Below, in pieces: positions 27,529 through 40,600 of a DNA stretch of 64,000 nt. Location of the stretch: the NCBI GenBank assembly GCA_965285935.1, contig OZ260661.1:143716001-143780000 (forward strand). The letters are read 5' to 3'. The position numbers and the translations under genes are program-made. The stretch is from Ophelia neglecta. Taxonomy: Eukaryota. The stretch's first letter is position 1, and each line of letters starts with the position of its first letter. The notes below the pieces were generated by a model. That model saw only the letters and a program-made list of their open reading frames with translations. It did no database searches and was not told where the DNA came from.

Positions 27529-28263
27529 CTACCACATGGGAGTGTCACTTGAAAGGCACGAAGTCTTCTCATCCTCAGTTAGGCGAAGAGATTTCAATGG
27601 GCCGGGGGCCCCACTGTCTTTGTATAGAAGTATACGTGGGATTGTAAAAGGCACAAATGCGACCTGTCCTCCCTCCCTAAATGTTTTCATTTTTTTCTTC
27701 AGTAGCATATCTTCCCTACGCGTGACAGTATCGATATCATCGGTGATGAAAAGGCCACTAGATTTTAAGGCTTTTGGCGCTTTTTTCAGGATAGTTTCTC
27801 TGTCGCACCAATTTGTGATCTTAGCATGCACCAGTCTCGGCTTACCTTTTGGCTCGGAACTAGCTTTCGATCTGGTCCTATGGACTCTCTCTATTGCGAT
27901 ATTGCCAAGCCCTAGCTTAAGTGAAAATATAGACTGTAAGTCCTGCGCCAGAGAGTCAAATGTTTCATCTTTTTTCTCCGGTAGGCCATGCACAACTATA
28001 TTGTTCCTTTGGCTTCTGTTACTAAGGTCAACGACCTGTTTCTTAAGTTCAAGAAAGTCACTCATCTTTGTTGTTGTTTTCTTTGCTTCCTGGATTTCAC
28101 GTTCAAGTGTCATCTGCGACTCCTCCATGTATCCTACTCCTTGTTGGAGATCAGTTATACGTCGTTCATGTTCAGTTGATTTCTTCTCAAGTTCATACAT
28201 AAGAGTTTCAAATTTCGAGAACCTGTCCTCCAGCGAAGTCACTTTATCCAGAATGGTCATCAC
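27529..28263 (-). CDS. LINE ORF1 protein (coiled coil plus L1-ORF1-like RRM)
   Basis: Heptad-rich N-terminus, then DLSNRSQRNNIVVHGLPE..IERVHR..KPRLV..FITDD. Confidence 0.85.
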   Translation of the reverse strand: MMTILDKVTSLEDRFSKFETLMYELEKKSTEHERRITDLQQGVGYMEESQMTLEREIQEAKKTTTKMSDFLELKKQVVDLSNRSQRNNIVVHGLPEKKDETFDSLAQDLQSIFSLKLGLGNIAIERVHRTRSKASSEPKGKPRLVHAKITNWCDRETILKKAPKALKSSGLFITDDIDTVTRREDMLLKKKMKTFREGGQVAFVPFTIPRILLYKDSGAPGPLKSLRLTEDEKTSCLSSDTPMW

Positions 28264-30857
28264 AATCTAATGGGAGTTACCCCCCTCTGATTCTAAAGCC
28301 TTGTTACTGGTATCTGAATTCATTTCAAGACACTTTCCAAGTTTTCCAAATAAATTTTACACAAGATTTTGTCGCCTGTGTGTAGCTCAGAGTTTCACTG
28401 AACAGTCCACACGATTTAACAAGCCATGTCACAGTCTAAAACATAGAATATCTACAAATTTCAACCTCCCACTGTGAACTCCCTCCTGTTCTCACATGAC
28501 CTTCACCTTACCAAAGGAAGGTGATTGCGATGAAACATGAGGGACGAGATGAAAAATGAATGGATTAGACTATGCATACCTCCAGTTACAATTCAACATT
28601 TAATGAAAAGAAAGACATTGTCTAATAAACATTTAACAAATATCCAGTTCTGAAATCTTACTTTTGGCCAGTGTTGCATTAAGTGGTTTGATATAATATA
28701 TTTAAATATCTCCCCAATTGAGTTATTTATATTGTTTTACTATTAGCTTATCGACGCCAGAAGATACGGTAGAATTGCAAACTCTGAAAGCGGATACGTA
28801 TAATGAGCAACAACTTGAGGAAAGGGACCACATAAATAAGGGAAATTAAGCAAAAATATCTAACCCAAACTGGTTATTTGTCATCACAATTTATCGCCAT
28901 TCTGTCAGCCACGGCGAGAGCAACCAAAAATACCCCGGCGACGTCCCTTCTAATCATTGACCCCAAACGCAATACAGAAAAAGTTTATAGACGTGTTCTT
29001 TATTAAAAGCTAATGGCATATGACGACCCTAAACACATACGTCGCATGGCCCTCCGCGTCTTAAGATGGCGCCACTATCGACTTGTATGTTCTTTATCAT
29101 GCAAGAAATCAAAACTCACAAACAGAGGGTTAAAAGAAAATTTCATTATGATGAAAATATTTCTATGAAAGCGAGAATAATAATAGTTTCGATTTTACTC
29201 ACTTGTGGTACAACGTGTTTGGAAGAATCCGGGTGTAAGTAAACGGCGGACAAAGAACAATCATTAGTGAAGAATAACCTATTATATAGGTCAGGAATGA
29301 TTGGCTGGTCTCCCGTCTGAATATTTTCAACTGCCTCAGTCTATACAACCTCCATTCTACACTTCAACAACCAAAAAAAAGCATAGCGTGAAACGTGAAA
29401 AATAATCTAAAGGAAAGTATATGTAATAGAAATTGCCCACCTCAGCTACTTCCAGCCGTGCTAACAAGGACCCAAAGTGCTTCGTCTAAAAGTAAACCCA
29501 AGAATAAGTACATTTATAATTGTATACTGCTCAGTATACCTTAAAATAAAGTAGATTTGCATCTACATACTACTAAGCCGCTAAGCCCTGTACTTTTCGG
29601 TTAAAATGACCGTTTTCAATGGCATTTTTTATTATAAATATCCTTTACATTGCCATTCGGACTTCCCTGGAAGAATCGCCAATGTTTTATACATGGTGAA
29701 CCTTGGATATCAATCATGGTATTGTTCGCATGCAACACGAAACGTTACAAAACTCATAGACATAGACACAGGTCACAGCCTACAAGGCCCTGTTACTAAT
29801 GACGCTATCTCCAATGTCATACTTTACAATTTACCGGCATAATAGGCCTTATAAAAAAGGTTCCAATTGCCATTATAGCATATCAGGTTAACCAACCCCA
29901 CTGCTGCTTGCTCATAGATGTCTCTTTGATATTCACATAATGGGGTAGATTGAACACAAAGGATTAAATGTCATAAATTCGGTAACTAATAAACTAAATA
30001 CACGTGAAAAACTAGAAAAACAAGGAATAGAACAAGGAAATAAGCCAACATGGAATAAAATATACTCACAAAATGGTTACCATAAGAAATAATGTATTTT
30101 ATTTAAGCAGGAATTCGTCATTTAAAAAAAAATTCCATTAGTAATTTGAACGAACATAGACTGTTTATATTGACGAAAATTCACAGAAATTATGTATCAG
30201 GTCTAGATGAATATGCTATGCAGCTTAATATTGATGCAACTTAGGAGTCATGTATAATAATTGAAAATGGAAATCACAGATATAATAATCAGCAAAAACA
30301 AAGAGTAATTTATGCAATAAATTTTGATATGAATGCATTAAAAAAGCCTTTAATATTCAACAAATTGTTTTCTTGGCATTTGTCAAATAAAACCTATACA
30401 CGTAAGTCTCTCTAGTGGATAATATATATCTGTAACATTGAGGGATAAAAATGGCATTATATCATATAAGGATTTAGATAGATAATTACTGATCTATACA
30501 GCTACATACTACAGAATATCATTTTGGGATTTTTATGGTGACAGAAAGAGACAATATACTCCTTGATTGAATAACAAGATTGTGGCATTTTTTCATTTAA
30601 CCATTTTAATTAATTAAAAGCTACAAAATGGAAAAAACTGAAGCAAAAGTTGAGATGGAAACCTCACCATATTTGCATCTTTGACATTGTCCCTCGTTTT
30701 GCGGGCCATATTTGATCGACGAGTTTGTTAGACTATCAGTGACGGTCACATAGTACATGGATAGATTATTTAACCCTTATCAAACCCGGATCATAATAAC
30801 TGTATTCGATTTAAACATATATTATTTTGGTAGCTGTACTCACCATCAAGCACAAGA

Positions 30858-33800
30858 TTACCTGCTCTGCGATCTAATGTAATTAGTCAAATAGATAAAC
30901 TGGTTTACCAGCCAATACATCGGAACTATAAAAGTATTGAGCACGTACCCGTAAACGATCGGAATAGTAATATTGATCAGAGAAAGTACGCATATAGTGG
31001 GCAATGGCATTAATAAGATGATATCTGCTGTAGTATGTAATACAATTCTCTGAACTTGGTTGGATGTCTGTTTTGACGCTCTGCCTCCTGTGGCCATCAC
31101 TAGTGATAACGATCTATTTTTCATGTTTATATACTTTCCAAAGCAAAGCATAAGACACAACAATCGAAATACAGTATATTGTCATGTGATAAGAAAGCAA
31201 CACTTTTTCTGGATGTGAAGTGCTCGTGACTAAATATTGGATGGTACCCGCGACAATGCACCACATATGCCAAGAACCATATTGATAATGAATTGTATTG
31301 ATGTCAAATAGAAATTCTCGCATAGTCACGATTTGAATATATATTCCTAAAGCAACACCAGTTATATTTAACAACATCGGTGCCCATTGGTCCCCTAATT
31401 TAGAAACAATGTCACTTCTCAGTTTGAAAACTACGCCATTTAGCACAATCAGACAAAGTGGATATAAATCTGCACAAATAAGATGTACATCAGAAAGACT
31501 ACCTCCACAAAGACAACTTATTGGCCGCATCTCAGCACATCTACTGTTCTCAAAAACGCAACAAAAATATCCAACATCTGTATGCATTGTGGTGTTAAAT
31601 GGTTGCAAATTATTCGCCATTACTAATGAGTTATCTGTTAGATTGGCTTTTTCTAAGACGGGAAAGTTCTTAAAAACAGAAAAGTCAAACGAAACAATAT
31701 GGTTTGAAGAGAAATCTACTTCTCTCACAGAGGACATATTATGAAATGAATCAGTCTATATGTGTTGTAGGTTCATACCGCGGAATATCAGATTTGCCAA
31801 TCTACCTATATTATAGAAAGCGAAGGACTCTATTTCTCTGATCTGATTTCCTCCAAAGTGAATGAATCGCAGATTAACAAGTCTTTCAAAGGACCAAGAT
31901 TTGATCAATTTAATGCTATTGTGCGAAATGTCAATGACAGCCACATTTTGAAGAGCAGAAAATATTTGTCCTCCAATGACAATGAAGGAGTTGTACGATA
32001 GATTAACCGAAACAACATGGCCACCGCCTAAAAACCTGGGCACTACCAGTCCGTTTCCATGAATACTAATTGACCTTACTTGATCAGCTCTAATCTCATG
32101 AACTGAGGTGTTAGAGCAGATTACAGCCATCCATCTACAAGCACACCCAGCGACACACTTGGCCAAGCGGCAAAACAATTCATCCTCGCCATATAACGGG
32201 CAATCGACGTGACCATCACATACGCTACTTTGAGACAGACATACACCTCCTTTACACCGAAAGAACCCAGGGCAGTTCAGATTCTGTCCGCTAGGAGGAC
32301 AATCCAGTTCGTCTTCCCCACCGTAACAATGACTTTCCGCATCACAAACAAGCGACAAGGGGAGACAGTATGAGTCAGGACACTTAAACCGCCCTGGGCA
32401 TTGAAACTCGCTGCAAAGCCTCAAGTGATCACCGTTTCTACAGAACTTGACTTTGCCATATGCAGTCAATTCATAAACACAAAGTTTATTCAATGGAAAA
32501 CACTTCGACGGAGGGTTTGAACATGGAATGTGTGTTGTATCACTACAATTGAGTAGTGCCAAAGGATTATCAACGCGCCAAACAAATCTCTCATCTTCAG
32601 CAGTGAAATTGGCACTCCGTTGACAGTCGGGAAACTGGTCATCCACCCATTCAATCGGTATACATGTGTTACTTGCCCGACATAAAAATAAACCATTACA
32701 AACCGATTCACCCTGACTACATTTCGGTTGGCCCTCCTTACAAACCGTTTTACCTTCAATTGAAGTCGCAGCGATAGGATACTCTACAGCTGGTTCTAAC
32801 ATGTCAATGTCAATCCGCGGTAAAGGTTCGGAGAGCAATGGTTCCACACAGATCATTTCATCCTCCTTATCAGGACAATCAGACCTAGTATCACATACCC
32901 TGTACCAGGGGACACAAGCCCCAGACAAACACTTGAAGTATTGTGCGGCACAGAGACATGGTGACTGCCCAACATCTAAACCACAAGAAAAATCAATAAG
33001 AATCATGCTTGAGTTCTCGTCTGACTCATCGTTACAATCTTTTTCCCCATCCATTATTGCCCAATCAGATATACATGTTCCTCCTTTGCACTCAGTTTGG
33101 TATTCCGCACAGCCAATGTGTTCTGGTGTAGTTGGCTCTTCAATTATTAGTGTTATATTAAAAGCATTAGAACAGCTCTGATAATTTGTTACAGTGCTTG
33201 CCAGTGACGTTCTGCTGAGAAAAACGGTCCATTCGCAAAACCCCAAATACTGCAGTTTCCTTATGTAATCCTGTATGTTTAAAACATATTTTTCTTTGGC
33301 AAACTCTGTATCAGACATAACGCGCGAACGGAGGGCATTGTCAGTGGTAGGCTTTAGACACTTGTTGCTATGCGCCATATGTTCTAGGCCACATACGAGG
33401 GGAGGCTGTACCAAACTTTTGTTCACAACTATAACTGAAAGCAAATCACTTGCCACGGGTCCCTTCTTAATGTTTGCTATGGAACTAAAACAAATGGGAA
33501 CTGCGGCCGAAGTGAGTTGACAGACATAGCGCAACATATTACCAACAGCTTTAGCTAACCGCACTAAAGTTATACTATTTATATATTTAGGAGCATTCAA
33601 CGTTTTAGTACTGCAGTCGAAGGATCCTCTATTAGTCCATTTTGCTGGCGGTACGCCGTCATCACAACTAGGATCCAGTAATGGCCATGACATGAACATA
33701 GCGTCGATGTAAGTAAGGAGGTGGCTGTCAAATGGCAGGCCCGCCATATAATTAAGTTCACTGTCTGGCCAAGTTTGACAAATCAACTGTCGAGTCAACC

Positions 33801-36800
33801 TAGTTTGCTTGCATGGAACCCTATGCCACCGAAAATTATTCCTGTTATAAACAGTCATGCGAAACTTACTTTCAGCAAAAATACACATATCATCCTCGTC
33901 GTAGATGCTTTGCTCTTGTAAGAGAGTTGACTGGGACTCTCCGGAGAAAGAGACAACGTTTCCGGTGACAGCCTTATGACCAGTCGTCCAACGCATCTGT
34001 GAATTGCAGACCAAGAAAAAAATCATTAACTTTCTAAATCGTTCTGTCTTGAAGGTCACAAGGCCTACATAATTTGATACCAAAATCTTCCTGGTGTGAA
34101 ATCTCAACGTAGGACCTTTACCTTCCTGAGCATCATAAAATGAGATATGGTTTTAATTCACCTTATGCTAAGAAAAAATAAGAACTTTCATAACATTGCA
34201 GCTCCCTTTTAAGTATTTCATGTTTGGAAGTTTCAGAGTTAGCAAGATACACCTCACGGCTTTCTATTTCACAGTGTCTTATATAAACAGTGAAGGTAGT
34301 AGCTTGGCAATAGAATACTTACCGCTGAAATATTTAGACCAAGGAAGGTGCCAATTCGTGGATTCAATCGAGATGGATTAGGGAATGGCAATCGGTCGGT
34401 TTCAAATCGGGCGCCAAAAATTATATTTTCCAGGATAGAAATCTCGTTCGGTGTAGACGCAATCGGCAGATGACCACCAACAGATACACAACGTTCTTCT
34501 GCTTCCACCCAAGAAAGTTCCATAGGTGTCCACAGGCTAAAATGTAAAGCTATACTGTCTTCGCAACAACTTTTGTCTACAATTGTGTGGTGGTGATATA
34601 TTAGGTTTCTCAGAGGAACGAAGGGATCGATAGACATAGTCACCATGCAAGTTGGGTCAAAATTGCATGTAGAATTGGTTCTTTTAAGAAGGTATGGCCC
34701 TGCCCAGGATACCATAATATTGTATAAATTATGGAATCTATATATAAAATTGTATGCGCTTCTTTTGTTCAACACTATTATGTTAGCGGTTTTGCTCCAA
34801 TACCAGCCTGGTCTGGCCAGCATATTTAGTTTATGCGGTTGTCTGTGAGCTGCTGAAAAACGTATACAAACTCTGTTACAGGCGCCAGTATGTTTAAACT
34901 CTATTACTGTCACGTTTCGGTACATGTTAGCATACGCCGACAGCATCTTAAAGGGGATCGTGGTTTCAAGTTTATCTCTGAACTGGTAGTGGGCCACGAA
35001 TTCGGTCCATTTGTAGTTACTTAGTGTAATACGGCGTTCAAGTTTCTCATAGTGGAGCTCTGCATTTCTTTTAATCTGTGTTGCCGCTTGAGTGCCTGGT
35101 TCAATGCGTGCCAGTAATCTGTCTATAGTCACCAGAGGGACCTTTAATAACTTTGTCCGATTTCGTTTCGCAAATATAACAAGAGCCTGACATGCAGGGT
35201 TCAACGAGTAATAACTATCTTGACTTATCTCCTTCATGATAGGTGTGAACCTGACCTTGCATACAGGTACCCTCTCTGTCAGTTGTTCCGTAGTGACATC
35301 AAGTACCTCTGATACGTAGTCCACCGGACTTACACCCAGTCTGCACTTTGTAGCAGCCTGCCATTCTGTGAACGTTGGAATGTGCTGTAAAACCTGACAA
35401 TGGATTTCGCCATGATTCCTGCCCAGATTTGAAGGGATAAAATAGAACATTGATATACAGAGGAAACCATGAGAAAATTGTATTTTCCAAATGTCTTGAG
35501 TAAAGTCAGTTTTACGGCAAAATGGGGTATTTCCATCGTACTCCAGCGGTATTTTATATCTTAAGAATACCTGACCACGTAATGGTATATAATTATAATG
35601 TTTTATAGGCTTGCAATAAGCAAACCTGCCTTGACATTCGCTGCGAGTTCGTTTTAGTGTAAGGTTCAGAATGCTTCTAACCGGCAAAGAAAAGATATAA
35701 ATAAAAATAGCGACTTCATTGGTGCTGCTATGACGTATCGTGTGATCAGAGGCCGTCTCCCATGTCCAAACAGATTTGCAAAAGATGGTGACCGGTGCAA
35801 AAGCGTTGAAGAATTTATTTGTCGTCTGTAGCCCCAAAAAATGATTCAGCATGAATACCCTGGACGTTTCAAATACGGCTACTCCTCGATAACGACAATC
35901 GTCGGTATTAGGTCCGCCTACACTTAATTGGACGATCACCATGTCTACGAAACTCCCAGGTTCTGTACTTACTAAATGATATCCGGTACAGCATTCACCA
36001 GGACACTTATGGTCACTTACATAATTTATTTGGTCTCCATGAGTCTTAAAGCAACGAGATGAAATGAAGGGTCTGACCATCAGTCGTAATTTTATTTTAA
36101 TTCAACAATATTCCATGTTTTCCGAGTCCGAGTCCGAGAATTGAATTTGCATTGATATTATGAATGCGGTTGATTTTCTAAAAATGATTTTATCAGATGA
36201 CTTCATCTGCACTGTCAATTCAGCCAAAACATTCATGGGCCCGTCAAATGCCTGAACATGATAACACGTTACATTCCCCACGACACCGCTATGGATCTGC
36301 TCGCTGTAATCCGCTAATATCGTAATCCAGAAACTATTTTCTTCTCGAGTGCGGAGCCTGTGAATTATATCAGAACCCATCATTTCTATGGTATTTCCAA
36401 CTGGTTGGTAATTGTTCTTAAAATGAGGTGCTTGATGAAATATGTCTTCACTTAAAGGAAAATCTGAACCAACAATTTGATAGAGAAGAGTAAAACCATG
36501 CGCCAATCTATAATTCTCTTCAGGAGCTGAGTTGTTATTAAGGTACTGTAAAGTTATTTTAGTTGCTGCTATGTACATGCTCTGAGGGACGATATGTCCG
36601 CAATACGCATCATGAATATCATCACCAGAAGGCATCGTAACCGTCAGAAGGAACATTTCAAACTGGCATTTGTACATGGAATCCTCGAGTAATAGTTGCA
36701 AAAACGTCAAGTTAATGTTAAACCATTCGTGAACGCTTAATTTCCAGCATGCGGACCTACCAAATCCCAGATTTCCGGAATGGACAAAACCGCATGGAGA

Positions 36801-37049
36801 GTAGGGGTATATTCTCGACGGACCGTTCAAAGCTGGACGTAGGTGGCAATGGGCGGTGGAATGACTAAGTTTGTATTCTGCAGCAGCAACTGTGTCGCGG
36901 ACATTCCCATATGATTTAATAGAACTGGATGCTAGTCGTGATATGTATTTCCGTGCAACATCTTCCAAACCACTTGCACCAATAGTTAGTGAAATAAGAA
37001 GGACACAAGTCAAGGTCAAGTTCACCTGCGGCATTCTAGACGTTGGCAT
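30858..37049 (-). pseudogene. Full-length paralog of the GRL101-like receptor (signal peptide, CUB-like domains, C-type lectin, LDLa, LRR, 7TM); disabled
   Basis: Exons 37049-34323 and 33996-30858, with the intron at the same position as copy 1. Lesions: in-frame TGA at 36102-36104, in-frame TAG at 31756-31758 (K in copy 1), deletion of about 75 codons spanning TM3-TM4 near 31225, and a frameshift near 31125. Confidence 0.9.
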
Positions 37050-37339
37050 TTTACCTCCACTTTCAAAAGAAACTGTTGGTTTTCCAAACATACACTTTGA
37101 ATTCTTCCACTGTTTACGGAGAAAGGAGCGTTTTGGAAGTGTCTGAATATCTTGCAAAAAGTGGAACGAGATTGGCTCGAAGAAAACATGATAATATTAT
37201 AATTTGATATTTGCTCAGTGGTAAATTGAGATTGGCGAAGCAAACAATTAACAAGGATATCAAAATCAGTATGAATTAAGTGGCATATTATACAATGATC
37301 AAAATACCAAGAAGAGCCATTTAGAGGTTTAATACTACC

Positions 37340-37620
37340 ACTCCACATTTAAAGCTGTTTACTTGCTCGACTATTTGGCCATTTACTTATACAATGAGAT
37401 TCATTTCTTGCGGGTTTTTGAAAATAATGAACTTTGTTTGAGTGGTATTGAGTATCAGGTCATTACTATGCATCCATATGTTTAATTTTTCTAATTCGTT
37501 ATTTGTGTCTTCAATGAGCGATAGAAAATTTGTATCGTTAATAACTGCACTAGTGTCATCAGCAAAAAGAATTGTAGCAGATTTGTTTAAAGGCAATTAG
37601 TGACATCATTTAACGTAGCC
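37340..37620 (-). mobile_element. Short LINE RT fragment
   Basis: ILFADDTS..NNELEKLNIWMHSNDLILN..TKFIIF. Confidence 0.8.
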
Positions 37621-40600
37621 ATATGGACTAGGTTAGGGTTAGGATGAAGGGTTAAGTAAGGAATGATTTCATTAGGTTGCTAGCTTAACCCTACCCCTAA
37701 CCCTGTTATAACCCAACTCTATCTTTTTTTTTTCTATCTGTGTATCTCGTATTTCTCTCGTATCAGGTTTTCCAGAGTGCCTCGTCTCCCATGTCGGCAT
37801 CAGGGCTAAAGATAGCAGCTCTAACTAATGGCTCGAATATATACGACAAGGGACAAAAGGTTCTTTATAAAGGGTCATTATTTGTTTTTCCACTCCACAC
37901 ATAGAAACATCAAGGAGAGTCGATTGCAGGATCCATCTTGAGTTTCATCTTAAGCAGACGATTTGTGACCCGGAAGTCAATTTTTTTATATTATGCGCAG
38001 TATACAAAACCACAGATTGGGGAAAAACAAGACTGTCGCTTTTAGCCCTGTGAACAAATCATATAAATGCTTCGATTCAAGTCGTTTGAGACCATGAGAC
38101 CATTTAAAGCCTTTTATTATTATTATTGTTTTATTATCCTCCACTTTCTGGAGAGCAAGACATAGACATATATACACTCACACATACACACATATACATA
38201 CATATATTTAACAACCACCCCCCCCCACACACACACACACACACACGCACATCACACCCGCTCCAATGCACATCATATCCCACTCTCGCCTGCATACTCG
38301 CATGTCCCTATATACAACAATTAATATTAACAAGAGTAGGTGACAAGTCATATCAGTAAAATATGCCTCATACAGGACACCGCATGCATAGATAAGTTAT
38401 ATTATTACAATATGCTATACTTTTTCAATACTACTGTAGTGGGAATAAAGAATCTTAACTTCACAGGAGACGACTATTCTTAATGCATAACACAAATTAA
38501 ATTTAAATGGCTCATGAGGTCAGAGAGATTGTGTCAGCAGCCACTCTCTGGCGGTACATCCATCCCACAATCTTTACATGCACTGAAGTGATGAAATTAA
38601 GAAGACACCAAGGTCAGTGTTCAAATATTCAAACAGTCATCTGGGCAAAACTGTTTGAATACCCTAATTTAGGAAGTGCAGCATTATATGCAAAGTGTCC
38701 GATGACATGATAAATGTTTTACTTGCCGTCAGCGGTCAGCAGGAAGTGCCGCACTCCCTTGTTTTGCTGGAAATGCTATTTTTTATTTATCGTTCAGGCA
38801 TTTATTTATGGAATGTGCATAAAAAAGCTTATCGAATGTTAGATTTCATGTTATTTAGCCCAAATCAATGGGGAAGTTGTCATGTGAACATTTCTCAGGT
38901 GCCTTTTTATGTAAAAAAAAAAGATTTATTTTCGTTCCTAGCATTCAAAATGGGCTCTGTGTTAAACCTAAAGCTGCGGCGAAAGCAACTAGGTCTCTTA
39001 AAATGAGCTAGTATGATCACAATAATAACCAAACCCTTACCCTCTTGTATAAAGAACAAAGCCGAGATGGTATGGTAAGGGTTGGGTTATAGAATGACAG
39101 ATATTACAGATTATTGTGCTACCAATGTTGCCATGGTTTACCATCACCCCCCCCCCCCCCCCCGAGATTACCCCCATTCCGACCTAACCCTAAGCCTAGC
39201 CAGTCATTCACGGATAAGCTACTCCTTGGATAAGCTACCCCTCAATGGGTGAAGTTTTGGGCCTCACATGCACTTGGGTATTAATATGGGCTTTTTCCTG
39301 GTGTATGCCACTACGGGCCTAACATAAGTGATATGTTATATATATATATATAGCTTGTACAACACTAATGCATATCCCATTTGTGACAATAGCCTCCTTG
39401 GCTATTCCCAGCGATCGCTGCGGGACTGCACGTGAGGTGCCCGAAACCCCGCCGGTTCTTGCGAGACTGACCTCAATACGGCACAGCCAGTTAACAACAT
39501 CGAATAGACCCATCGAATATGGTGCACTGCTGCATACCTGGATGTAATGCGACCACAAAAAAACGGAAAGATGGAAGAAACCCCAAGATTTAAGCTTTTA
39601 CAATATCCCTAGGCGGCCTCTTAACCGATATAGGGCGTCTATTAGGAGAGAGGATAAGTGGAAACTTCATGCGAGGACTACTATATGTAGTCGTCATCTT
39701 GTCAAAGGACGAAAAAGTGGAGATCCGAGCAAGGAAAATTGGATTCCAACCCTCAGCCTGCCGCAAACTCGTTTGAGGCCCCCACCAAATGCAAGGAAAC
39801 CTCCAACAGATCGTTCCACGCCTGAGTTGTGCAAACCAATTTCGGGTGACTATCGCAATTTAGTCATTTGACGCAGTATTGCATCGCAAATATTTTACTG
39901 TACAGTGTTTGTGAAAATGACAGGGGGTTCCCATGGAAAAGAGCTTATAACAAAAATGTGATGACACAAACTCGACCACACCCCTGTAATCATATTCCAC
40001 AGATGCCGAGATTAAAGCGAGCTTCGGTCTGTCCATTTACCCTTCTTGTTGACAACACCGAAAATTTGGGCTTTTTTTCCTTGCCTAAAAAGTGGCATAA
40101 ATCGTTATGCCTCAGATTGATGTGCGCGTACATGACACTGATAAGGAGGGACATGACCCTTATGTCGAGGGACGTGGCCCTGATATAGTGAAGACTGACT
40201 CTGGTGTAGAGAGGCGTGACCCTGGTCAAAAAGGAAATATTTCGTTATGAATATTGTTGTTGATTAGATTGGTTACCGTTATCCGTGTAGTAAAGGTTAT
40301 ATATAATTTTCTCACTAACTTGTTATGATTAAGTGGAATAGTAAATGATGATACGTGGGCATGAATACATACTTATTTTATCACATTCGACTAATTTGGT
40401 GTTTTGTAATTTAAATCTCATAAGTAATAAAAATAAGTAAATGTTGTGTTATATTTCTTTATATAGATTAGATAACTGGAGTCCATTTGACGGACTATTT
40501 CCTTACCACATAGAAAAGTTATTTTGTCCTTTATTTTCCTATTTTATACAAACATATTGTTAAAACACTAAAGAGGGTCTTACCTTAATGTAGGCAAATA

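Larger units (their letters stand above)
16048..28520 (-). mobile_element. Near full-length CR1/L2-group LINE (ORF1 plus EN-RT ORF2), split by a BEL/Pao insertion
   Basis: ORF1 at 27529-28263. Endonuclease motifs (CLQESWL, GNIYRPP, IDNF, SDHLP) at 25880-26915. RT motifs (NYRPISVL, QYGFR, SKAFD, YADD, FLG) at 16847-18230. 3' tail aataaaatg(ttctga)n at 16048-16080. 5' boundary approximate. Confidence 0.92.

Noticed and set aside
27536-28270. 244-aa plus-strand ORF
   Set aside because: Antisense shadow of LINE ORF1 with no motifs of its own.
33997-34107. N-terminal extension of ORF 31756-34107
   Set aside because: Intronic; the acceptor matching copy 1 is at 33997.
36102-36104. In-frame TGA as selenocysteine or readthrough
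   Set aside because: The same gene also has a TAG, a large deletion and a frameshift, so pseudogenisation is simpler; no SECIS was recognised.
37625-37715. ggttagggttagg / aaccctacccctaaccct as interstitial telomere
   Set aside because: Only 2-3 degenerate units; more likely part of a small repeat element.
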